Below, piece after piece: positions 19,388 to 27,685 of a DNA stretch of 64,000 bases. The stretch spans positions 6,754 through 70,753 of the forward strand of contig MWCQ01000012.1 in NCBI GenBank assembly GCA_002070105.1, in the 5' to 3' direction. The position numbers and the translations under genes are program-made. The stretch comes from Firmicutes bacterium ADurb.Bin193 (GTDB lineage: Bacteria > Bacillota > Clostridia > Monoglobales > Firm-18). How positions within the stretch are numbered: the first letter of the stretch is position 1; each line of letters begins with the position of its first letter. The notes beneath the pieces were generated by a model. It worked only from the letters and a program-made list of their open reading frames with translations. It was not told where the DNA came from and did not search any database.

Positions 19388-19900
19388 TTAGAATAGGTCT
19401 GGGTATTCGCGCTGTAAAATTCCCTTTGCCTTTTTCAAGCGAGAAAGAAATGTTGTACGCGGAACGCCGATTCTATCAGCGATTTCTGAATCAGACAGAC
19501 CTTCCATACGCAGTTTTCCGATACTTCGGGCTTCTGGCATAATATCGGCGAGGCGCTGAAAGAGCATATCCAGCATGATTTGGTCGGTAACGACCTCCTC
19601 GATACTTGCACTTGTATCAGCGAGTTTGTCAAGCATGGAGAAAAGGTCTCCATCTTTGTTCTCGGTAGTATAATCAATGGAGAGCATGTCTCCAGCACGA
19701 TGAAATTCACAGTTATAGCAGTCAACATCGCAGAGCCAAAACTTATTCTTCGGGCAGGCACATCGACCATGAGATTGGCGTCGTTTGCGGAAAGTGTTGC
19801 AATAACGATTGTGATCCTTGTAGTAATCTTCGGGTACTTCCACCCAGTCACGAGTGGCCTTTAAATAGATGCGTTTACTCTTATTGTCTTTGTTTTGCAT
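19388..19900 (-). CDS. Sigma-70 region-4-like regulator with a Cys/His-rich N-terminal half
   Basis: C-terminal LRMEGLSDSEIADRIGVPRTTFLSRLKKAKGIL. N-terminal CACPKNKFWLCDVDCYNCEFH. Start taken at MQNKDNK. Confidence 0.5.
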   Translation of the reverse strand: MQNKDNKSKRIYLKATRDWVEVPEDYYKDHNRYCNTFRKRRQSHGRCACPKNKFWLCDVDCYNCEFHRAGDMLSIDYTTENKDGDLFSMLDKLADTSASIEEVVTDQIMLDMLFQRLADIMPEARSIGKLRMEGLSDSEIADRIGVPRTTFLSRLKKAKGILQREYPDLF

Positions 19901-19968
19901 AATACGGGCCTCCTTTGTCCCACAGCCGCTGATTGGTGTGGAGAAGCGGAGAGCCCGTATGGGTGCCA

Positions 19969-20038
19969 GCGGCAAAAAATGGACGCAAAAATCCCACCCG
20001 TAGCGGGAGAACTATTTCTCCGCTTCAAGTTGCGTCCA
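19969..20038 (-). terminator. Hairpin plus T6 in the leader upstream of the sigma-like gene (terminator or attenuator)
   Basis: Minus strand has outer stem TGGACGCAA / TTGCGTCCA (9 bp) enclosing inner stem GCGGAGAA / TTCTCCCGC, followed directly by TTTTTT. Confidence 0.45.
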
Positions 20039-20167
20039 GCTGTTCGCATGCTGGCTTTTTATTCGGTTTTCGGCGCCATCACCATGGCGAACAGTTCCTT
20101 TTTGTGCACTCGGAACGAACATACTGATGGGCCGGAGCGATTTAGCGTCATGCTTAGGACGGTTCTC

Positions 20168-20362
20168 TTATTTTAATTCTGCCTCAATAGCGTACAATTC
20201 GCTGAAGATGTCAGGCAGATCGCTTGGGTTGGCATCTTCTGCACTATGGCTATCAAAGCGCCTGAAAACTGATTCAATTACTGCCGAGCTTAATTCGGAG
20301 CTAATTACAGAAGCGGTTGCTTCGATATTTATTATCCAGTTCTCACGTTCACTCTTTGTCAC
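20168..20362 (-). CDS. Hypothetical 64-aa acidic protein (first minus-strand gene of the phage block)
   Basis: GTG start at 20362, 7 nt after GAGGAGG. Confidence 0.4.
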   Translation of the reverse strand: MTKSERENWIINIEATASVISSELSSAVIESVFRRFDSHSAEDANPSDLPDIFSELYAIEAELK

Positions 20363-20469
20363 TGCTTTGCCTCCTCTCTATTTCAGCTTTATTATCCGGA
20401 TAATTAACTGGCAACGTATTGGTGGTTTCTGAGAAAAATTTAAGCGAAAACAAAAAAAAATATCAAAAA

Positions 20470-20501
20470 CAGTAGAAATTTATCCGATAATGTGATATAA
20501 T
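20470..20501 (+). promoter_or_regulatory. Candidate extended -10 promoter for the ABC-3C-like operon
   Basis: TGATATAAT at 20493-20501 (TGnTATAAT form) with a weak -35 TAGAAA 17 nt upstream. Overlaps a TTATCCGATAA half-palindrome. Confidence 0.45.
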
Positions 20502-20637
20502 AAAAAATAAGTTTAACTCGATTTTTTCCTTTAACCACACCATAATTATAAGGAATAGCAATGAGAAAGTATTTGCCCCTGTTTTGCCACTGTTTTGCCA
20601 GTGTTTTTCCGGGACATGTGAAGGGAGATATGGTTTG

Positions 20638-21834
20638 ATGAACGAACTGAATATGTCATCTTATATCCAGACCATGCAGCCAGGACTTATGACGCACGAC
20701 AAGCAAGAGTCTGCAGGTGTTTTCCTTCTCAGTTCGATCAATGATCAGGAATACGTCGGACTGAATGGATACAGGACGGACAACCTTAGTTCAAAGAAAA
20801 TAAGTCGTCTGGTAAGCAGAGCCGATCATGTACCGGATGGAATCAAACAGGCTTCAACGAAGCAAGTTGTAATAGATGAGACAATCAAATACTTCAAAAA
20901 TCAGGTGTGGAAGGATCTAAACCCTCATTTGATGGATGATACTATTAATGATGTGGTAAAACTGATCAGCGTTGATCCAACCATTCCAGACAGCAAGAAA
21001 AAGAGTCTCATAGAATTCCACACATCCGGTGATGATCCACGTTTCCTTGCAGAGGCCTTTTTATACGCAGTAAACAGACCAAATAAAAAGGTAGACGATG
21101 TTGTTGAATACGAGGATGCTCCGCTATTGGCGGAAGCAAATTACGAGTGTCCTCTTTGTCATAAGAAATTAGTGGATACTGTAAAAAATCAGGCGGTGAA
21201 GCGTTATAGGATTACTCAGATCTTCCCTGATGATCTTGATGATGAATTTACTGCCATGTTCTCTGCAGCGTGCCAAGCACCGAGCAGACTGGACGTGCCG
21301 GAGAACTTAATCGCATTAGATGAAGAATGCTCTGACCGTTATCTTTTGAGCCCTACGGTGGATGAATATAAAAAGCTCCGTGAGATTAAGGATTCTATCT
21401 CACGGAACTACGCTGCAAAATCCGCTGTTAATTGTGTCCAACTTGAGGATGATATTCGTACTGTTCTGGATGCCCTGAGCCAGATTAGGGATGCATCGGA
21501 GCTTGTTCAACTGGAATATGACGCTCTTCATATAGAGGAAAAATTCAAACCGGAGAATTTCATTCTTAAGAATGAGACGCAATTGCAGGTGGTTACATAC
21601 TATAGATATATCGAAAAAGTGTTCTCTGAGTCTGATGCCGACTTTGATATAATAGCTTCAGAAATCAAGGTAAGTTCTCAAAAGCTGGAGAAGGCCGGGA
21701 TGTCGCAGGCAGAGGTCATGGCTCAATTGTCTGAGTGGATCAGGAATAAGTCAGGTCTAGGTGCGGACGGGCAACTAGCCTGTAATATTGTTGTTTCGTT
21801 TTTTATACAGAATTGTGAGGTGTTCCATAAGTGA
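20638..21834 (+). CDS. ABC-three-component (ABC-3C)-type system protein, first component
   Basis: 398 aa. ATG 20638 lies 9 nt after GGGAGA. The stop overlaps the next start (GTGA). Contains YECPLCHKKL...ITQIFP...ENLIALDEEC, which resembles a degenerate HNH-like finger. The call rests mainly on context with the 74-aa and DUF2326 genes. Confidence 0.55.
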   Translation: MNELNMSSYIQTMQPGLMTHDKQESAGVFLLSSINDQEYVGLNGYRTDNLSSKKISRLVSRADHVPDGIKQASTKQVVIDETIKYFKNQVWKDLNPHLMDDTINDVVKLISVDPTIPDSKKKSLIEFHTSGDDPRFLAEAFLYAVNRPNKKVDDVVEYEDAPLLAEANYECPLCHKKLVDTVKNQAVKRYRITQIFPDDLDDEFTAMFSAACQAPSRLDVPENLIALDEECSDRYLLSPTVDEYKKLREIKDSISRNYAAKSAVNCVQLEDDIRTVLDALSQIRDASELVQLEYDALHIEEKFKPENFILKNETQLQVVTYYRYIEKVFSESDADFDIIASEIKVSSQKLEKAGMSQAEVMAQLSEWIRNKSGLGADGQLACNIVVSFFIQNCEVFHK

Positions 21835-22055
21835 AAATTCCAAGCAAGGTGACACCATACAAAGAAAGCACTATCGCAAAATTCCCTGTTGTGCTTTCCC
21901 TGTTGCAAGAAGGTGACCTTTCTCCAACGGACTTATACAGTAAGGTGAAGGATAGTAAAATTAAGCATATAGAAGAATTCGTTGAGGTTCTGGACTGCCT
22001 TTATGCAATGAGAAAAATAGAAATTCGAGAGGAGGTTCTCTATTATGTTGGTTGA
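21831..22055 (+). CDS. ABC-3C-type middle component (small wHTH-like protein)
   Basis: 74 aa, overlapping both neighbours (4 nt and 11 nt). Size and position are as in ABC-3C triads. Confidence 0.5.
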   Translation: MKIPSKVTPYKESTIAKFPVVLSLLQEGDLSPTDLYSKVKDSKIKHIEEFVEVLDCLYAMRKIEIREEVLYYVG

Positions 22056-23724
22056 AGTGCAATGTGATAAATTTATTAGTGACGGACAGATTCGGGAGCC
22101 TATTCGGTTTCATACTGGTCTCAATACTGTACTCGGTGATAATAATGGGTCAAACTCCATCGGTAAGTCTACCTTCCTAATGATACTGGATTTTATTTTT
22201 GGTGGTTCGGATTATGTAAAAAAGTGTGTAGATGTTCAGGAAAATATAAAAGAGCACACGATTAATTTCACCTTTGAGTTTGGTGGCTATCAATACCACT
22301 TCTCAAGGAATACCATCGACTACAATAAGGTTGTTAGATGTGATGAGAAGTACAATCCCTTAATTGAAGAAAAACCTTTGAGCCTTCAGGAATATGGAGA
22401 TTTTCTATGCAAAAATTATGGGCTGTCTGCAGAGGGAATCACATGGCGCGGGGCAGTAGCCAGATTCATCCGTGTCTATAAGAGAGATACGCTAGACGAG
22501 GAGCGGCCTCTCCGGTCATCAAAGGATGAGAAAGCCAGTGATGTAATCAAACGGTATATGCAACTTTTTAATAGATATCATGCTGTAGAAGCACAGATTA
22601 ATCAGGCAACTGCCGCTGAGGATGAGAAGGAGGCCTTTCGCAAATCTTCGTTGCAATATAATCATGTTCGTGCTGCAAAGACAACTAAGGAAAAAGAAGC
22701 AAATGAAACACGAATTGCTGTGCTAGAGCAGCGAGAGAAGGAAATGGCTGAAAGTAGCAATCAGGGTCTCCTTGATCTTGATAGCCTGACGGCGCGTCGT
22801 CTTTCTGAACTGATGGAGCAACTTATCAACTATCGAAGGCAGAGAGCTCGTATTCAAACACAACTCAACTCTATCCGTCGCGATATGACGGAGCAGAAAA
22901 AAGGGTTTAAAAGAACGTTCACTGATTTAGAACGATTCTTTCCAAACGAAGAATTCCGTACTCTTGAAGAGATTGAGCACTTTCACCAGAAACTAGCGAA
23001 GATTCTAGCTGAGGAGTTTAGGGAGGCAGAAAAGGATCTATCCACTACCTATGTGCTGTTGAATAATGAGATCGTAAGGCTAAAGAATGAGATCACTGAA
23101 ATTAAGAATGTCCCTAATGTGTCTCAGGCTATATTGAAGGAATTTGCACAGATAACGACCGAACTTCATAATCTCAGAGAAGCAAATAAAAATTTTGATG
23201 AACTGGAGAGCCTAAAGAAAGTAGCTGCAGATTATGCAGAGACTCGAGATGCTGTAATCCATGACCAGTTGCTTGCTATTGAAACCACCGTTAATCAGGC
23301 GATGCGCGAAATTAGTCTTAAGATACTAAAGGATGCCACACACATGCCTCCAATATTGCGACTGGAGAAATTAAACAAATATACATTTAATACTCCGAAC
23401 GATGGAGGAACTGGAGCACAGTATCGTGGACTGATTACATTTGACCTTGCGAATATGACAGCAGGTCCCATCCCGTTTGTTATACACGATTCTGTTTTAT
23501 TGAAAAATATAGAACGAAAAGTATTTGCAGAGATAATAAAAGTCTATGAGGCGCAGAAAAGTCATGGAAAACAGGTCTTTATGGCATACGATACTCTAGA
23601 TTCATATGACGAGAAAACGCGACTGCTAATTGAGTCAAATGCAGTGTTGAGACTGTCACCGAGAGGTAATGAGCTTTTCGGATGGGCTTGGAATAAGGAG
23701 AACAAAGATGAAGCAGGCAAATAA
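22045..23724 (+). CDS. DUF2326-type ABC/SMC-like ATPase with central coiled coil
   Basis: N-terminal GLNTVLGDNNGSNSIGKSTFLMILDFIFGG (Walker A), about 240 aa of heptad-rich sequence, and C-terminal PFVIHDSVLLKNI (Walker B/D-loop-like). Confidence 0.75.
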   Translation: MLVEVQCDKFISDGQIREPIRFHTGLNTVLGDNNGSNSIGKSTFLMILDFIFGGSDYVKKCVDVQENIKEHTINFTFEFGGYQYHFSRNTIDYNKVVRCDEKYNPLIEEKPLSLQEYGDFLCKNYGLSAEGITWRGAVARFIRVYKRDTLDEERPLRSSKDEKASDVIKRYMQLFNRYHAVEAQINQATAAEDEKEAFRKSSLQYNHVRAAKTTKEKEANETRIAVLEQREKEMAESSNQGLLDLDSLTARRLSELMEQLINYRRQRARIQTQLNSIRRDMTEQKKGFKRTFTDLERFFPNEEFRTLEEIEHFHQKLAKILAEEFREAEKDLSTTYVLLNNEIVRLKNEITEIKNVPNVSQAILKEFAQITTELHNLREANKNFDELESLKKVAADYAETRDAVIHDQLLAIETTVNQAMREISLKILKDATHMPPILRLEKLNKYTFNTPNDGGTGAQYRGLITFDLANMTAGPIPFVIHDSVLLKNIERKVFAEIIKVYEAQKSHGKQVFMAYDTLDSYDEKTRLLIESNAVLRLSPRGNELFGWAWNKENKDEAGK

Positions 23725-23974
23725 AAATAAAAAAGAGCTAAGAACACAGTTTAGTTACAATCGTTTATGGAAGCTGCTGATTGACAGAAACATTAAAAAG
23801 CAGGAGCTTCAAAAAATGAGCGATGTTAGCGCTGCTTCCATTGCGAAAATGGGAAGGTGCGAAAATGTTACAACAGACGTTCTTCTTAGAATCTGCGAAG
23901 CTCTTGATTGCAGAGTAGAAGAAATAATGGAGCGCGTTCCGAACAAAGAAACTAATACCGAGAAAGTTGAGTGA
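23708..23974 (+). CDS. XRE-family HTH transcriptional regulator
   Basis: KKQELQKMSDVSAASIAKMGRCENVTTDVLLRICEALDCRVEEIME. The start overlaps the ATPase stop by 17 nt. Confidence 0.75.
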   Translation: MKQANKNKKELRTQFSYNRLWKLLIDRNIKKQELQKMSDVSAASIAKMGRCENVTTDVLLRICEALDCRVEEIMERVPNKETNTEKVE

Positions 23975-24090
23975 ATATGATCATTTTAAATATATTGTTT
24001 TTGGCAAACAAATGCATTCAGATGTGTGTTAACGTGCAGGATGCTTGTAAAATACTTGCCTAATGAATTTAGAGAGAGGGGTATCCTGCC

Positions 24091-27000
24091 ATGCTAAACA
24101 GAGAAATTCCGTTTAGACCTAAACTAGAGGGGGACTTTAGAATTAGGTTTTACAATGCAGTTTCTGTTATAAATGAAGAAACCTCGCCATTGGAGATAGA
24201 AAAAATCTCCAATAACGAGATCATGTGGGTAGAGAATGTTTGTACATATAATCTGGGGCAAAGAAAAAAATACAGGGCTGTTTGGATGTTATTTCGTGAT
24301 TTAACCAGAGCATCATGGAAAGCTTGCTATCGAGAGGGAGTTCTATATATGAGCCTGCCAAGCTTAAATGGTGCTGATATGCATGACGCTTCATCACCGG
24401 AAATAAAGAGACTTTTACGCAGTTGGATGAGCGAGAGCAGACACGAGCGATTGGTATCTTATACAGAATTCATCCAACGTATGGAGCGTAAAAATATCAA
24501 CAAGCATAGTATTGATGAATTAATAGCTGATGGAGAAGAACTAGCTTCTCGTTTGGAGAAGGCTCGTGATGGAGATATCAAGCTTACAGAAGCAGTGAAA
24601 CCTTATCTGCAGTTGGTTGTTGAGAACGAAAGAGATGAATTTACCGGAATAAAGACTTCAGAAATATGGAGATATTTTCGACTAACCTGGTCTACACCGG
24701 CTGAAACGACACCCGGACGTACTATGCAATATTTGATCCGAGATGCCGCCCATCCTATGCACGCTGTTATGGGCATAGCGTCACTCGAAAACTGTGCTGT
24801 ACAAATTACATGCAGGGATGATTTTATCGGTTGGAATCAGAAGGCTTTCATAGATAGGATCACATTACTTGGATCTGATGAGGCTAAAAAGGAGTTTCAG
24901 CAACTTCTACGATATCTTGAAAGTGGAATTAGTGGAATCGATTATTCTTCCTTATGTACCGAGGCAACGGTTAAGAATCCAAGCGAGGAGGATATTCAGC
25001 AGTTATTTGATTATGCAAACAGCGCTGAGCAGAGAAGACAAGAATTGTTAAAGGAAGCGTTGGAGGTTGGAATCGAGGAAGAAGAGAAAAGTGAATTAGG
25101 AAGTATATCAAAGGACACGGAGGAAGCTCTTTATAGAAGAAAACGAGCCGAACAACTTGCGCGCTTGCTTATGGCAAAGAAAGCGTTGGTGGAGGTATTT
25201 AATTCCGATGGATTTGATGAAATTTGGGTTGGTTTCTGTAAAAGTGAATACGGAAATTCAGTAATAAGAACTGCGCTTGTGGCACAGAAAACTCAGCATA
25301 TAGGCTCTAGCCTTATGGAGTTAAATGTTTGTGGTGCAATACCGCCATACAATGAAATACTAGGCGGGAAACTTGTTGCACTGTTGGCAACATCTCCTCA
25401 GGTAATACATGATTATAAGGAGCGATATTCGAATAAAGCTAGCATGATAGCTAGTAGAATTAAAGGTGAGGATGTGTTTAGGCCTGCCGACTTGGTTTAT
25501 GTAGGAACCACCTCCCTTTACTATGTTGGATCAAGTCAGTATAACCGATTGAGAATACCAGGGAAACTTTTCGATTCGGATTTCGATGTTGTATGGAAAA
25601 AACTTGGTATGACGATAGGTTTCGGTACGATGCATATAAGCAAAGCTACAACTCTTAGTTTAACTGAAGCAACTAGTGATGGTTACAACCGGATAAATCA
25701 TGTTTTTGGAGAAGGCGCAAGCCCGAAGATGCGCTTGCTCACAATGTCTATTAGAGAATTATTAGAATCTACTAATGAGGATTCCAAGGACTTTTCCAAG
25801 CATGCCATGTCACGTATTGTTTATGGTGCTTGCCTGGCCAGCAATACTTTAGATTATTTGATGGGAAAAGCAGAAGCACCAAAATATTACACAGACGTTC
25901 AAAAATATCAGGATGGAACAAAAAAGATTATTGATTATTGGACATCCAGATGGCTTGGAAGCAGACTTAACTATGACCCTATTTATCAGCGAATTCGTGA
26001 TTTTGATAAAGAAGGCTTTCTTGTAGGGAATCAAGTAAAAAAAGACAAAGAATGGGTTTTTAAGAAACTTAAGGAGGTATCACACATGCCGGTTAACGAT
26101 GATAAAAAAGTAGGCTTGCAATTCATTCGTGATTTTTATCGCGGTACAAGTGCGTACGCCGATCACGTGGATGAGGAACTTCTTTCCTACATACATCTGA
26201 AGACCAAACTGGATGATGCGGTTATAGCCGCAGCAAAAGCCGGCAAAGACATCGTGCTTACAGGAAATCCGGGCGATGGTAAGACGCATATCATCAGACT
26301 GCTGAAAAACCAGTTGGAGAATCTGTCTACTCCTGCAATTGTTGAATTGGATGCAAGTACTCTGTCAAACGAAGAAATATTCCAAAGATGGAATCGCGCA
26401 CAGGAGGAAAAAGCACCGTTTGTTATTGCGATAAACGCTGCTGTTTTGTACGCAGTGTATAATGCTTATCCAAATTTCACTCCGATTAAGGAAGCATATT
26501 CTCAGATGGTGCATTCAGTAGTTTTTCACGATGAAGTTCAGAAGACAGATTCTATTGTTGTGTTTGATCTCAGTAAACGAGAGGTTCTTACAAGTGAAAT
26601 TCTGGAACAAGCAATTTTTAAAATGACAGCCGAGGATCATTATACAGAATGTAAAAAGTGCCCCCTGTACGATGCATGTGTGGTACAAAAGAATAGAGTG
26701 CGGCTCAGGAATCCTCTATTTCAAGAGCGGTTGAGTATAATACTCCAACGAGTTTCTTTACAGGGATACCATGCAACATTACGTGAACTTCAGAGTTTCA
26801 TAGCTTATTTGATATTCGGAAATCGGAGTTGCAAGCAATTAAACCATACAGCCGGGAATAATCAATATGACATTGTGAATTTGATCTACTTTGGTAAAGG
26901 AACCCTTTTTACTGCTATAAATAATGCAATAGACCCTATCAATATCTCACATCCAGTATGGGATGAAAAGATATTATTGAATGACATCGATCCATCCTCC

Positions 27001-27681
27001 TGGGTTGATGGATACGAAGTTCCAGCAGAGGCTATAGCATATGATAATGATGATTTGTTCCGGCTGAGAAAAAGGCAGTTTTTCTTCTTTAATCTATATG
27101 GAGATGAACTTTTAAGGATTCTTGACGATGATGCATCGCGTTTTCAAGATTTCTTGAGGCAGGACAGCGGAAAGATAATTAAAGATCTTATTTCAAAGCT
27201 CAATGGTTTTTTTGGAGCAATCAACGCGTCCAATACAAAGTTGCAGATTTGGTCGGGACATCGTTACAATAATGAACCACGAAAAGTGCTTATTTCTGCA
27301 GGTTGTATAAAGAAAAGTGAATTCAGCATCGGTAGGCCCTCACTTTTAAGCAGTATGCAGACTGGAATTGATATGACCTCCAATTACATAAGACTTGAAA
27401 AAAAAGAGGCACCAAATATCTTTTTAAAGGTTGATTTTAAAATGTATCTCCTTTTGAATGAAGCGGAAAGAGGTGTGCCAGTACTTTTTATGGAATCCAA
27501 TTTAGTAAAGAAAGTATGGCGTTTTATTGAGCAGCTTCAATCATATAAGGATATTGACGATGAAGACACAGTTAAACTTGGACTGATGGATGTTCAGAAC
27601 AAACGCATCATTATGGTGGATGTTGATAGAGAGGATAATAAGTATTCTGCTATTGACAGTGAAAGAACAAGGGAGGTGTAG
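24091..27681 (+). CDS. DruA-like DUF4338 domain fused to a C-terminal P-loop NTPase (1196 aa)
   Basis: Residues about 190-520: RLTWSTPAETTPGRTMQYLIRD...IASLENCAVQITCRDDFIGWN...CGAIPPYNEILGGKLVALLATSP...LVYVGTTSLYYVGSSQYNRL...WKKLGMTIGFG. This parallels the DUF4338 conserved blocks as I remember them. Walker A is GNPGDGKT at 26263-26286 (K731). Confidence 0.65.
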   Translation: MLNREIPFRPKLEGDFRIRFYNAVSVINEETSPLEIEKISNNEIMWVENVCTYNLGQRKKYRAVWMLFRDLTRASWKACYREGVLYMSLPSLNGADMHDASSPEIKRLLRSWMSESRHERLVSYTEFIQRMERKNINKHSIDELIADGEELASRLEKARDGDIKLTEAVKPYLQLVVENERDEFTGIKTSEIWRYFRLTWSTPAETTPGRTMQYLIRDAAHPMHAVMGIASLENCAVQITCRDDFIGWNQKAFIDRITLLGSDEAKKEFQQLLRYLESGISGIDYSSLCTEATVKNPSEEDIQQLFDYANSAEQRRQELLKEALEVGIEEEEKSELGSISKDTEEALYRRKRAEQLARLLMAKKALVEVFNSDGFDEIWVGFCKSEYGNSVIRTALVAQKTQHIGSSLMELNVCGAIPPYNEILGGKLVALLATSPQVIHDYKERYSNKASMIASRIKGEDVFRPADLVYVGTTSLYYVGSSQYNRLRIPGKLFDSDFDVVWKKLGMTIGFGTMHISKATTLSLTEATSDGYNRINHVFGEGASPKMRLLTMSIRELLESTNEDSKDFSKHAMSRIVYGACLASNTLDYLMGKAEAPKYYTDVQKYQDGTKKIIDYWTSRWLGSRLNYDPIYQRIRDFDKEGFLVGNQVKKDKEWVFKKLKEVSHMPVNDDKKVGLQFIRDFYRGTSAYADHVDEELLSYIHLKTKLDDAVIAAAKAGKDIVLTGNPGDGKTHIIRLLKNQLENLSTPAIVELDASTLSNEEIFQRWNRAQEEKAPFVIAINAAVLYAVYNAYPNFTPIKEAYSQMVHSVVFHDEVQKTDSIVVFDLSKREVLTSEILEQAIFKMTAEDHYTECKKCPLYDACVVQKNRVRLRNPLFQERLSIILQRVSLQGYHATLRELQSFIAYLIFGNRSCKQLNHTAGNNQYDIVNLIYFGKGTLFTAINNAIDPINISHPVWDEKILLNDIDPSSWVDGYEVPAEAIAYDNDDLFRLRKRQFFFFNLYGDELLRILDDDASRFQDFLRQDSGKIIKDLISKLNGFFGAINASNTKLQIWSGHRYNNEPRKVLISAGCIKKSEFSIGRPSLLSSMQTGIDMTSNYIRLEKKEAPNIFLKVDFKMYLLLNEAERGVPVLFMESNLVKKVWRFIEQLQSYKDIDDEDTVKLGLMDVQNKRIIMVDVDREDNKYSAIDSERTREV

Positions 27682-27685
27682 AGTG

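Larger units (their letters stand above)
1..20400 (-). mobile_element. Prophage segment (early/replication, regulation and start of packaging module); structural genes would lie beyond window start
   Basis: Uninterrupted minus-strand array of phage-typical genes (DUF2800, DUF2815, PolA, primase-helicase, VRR-NUC, SNF2, HNH, terS, terL), mostly with overlapping or abutting stops and starts. Sampled lines look GC-richer than the rest of the window. Confidence 0.75.
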
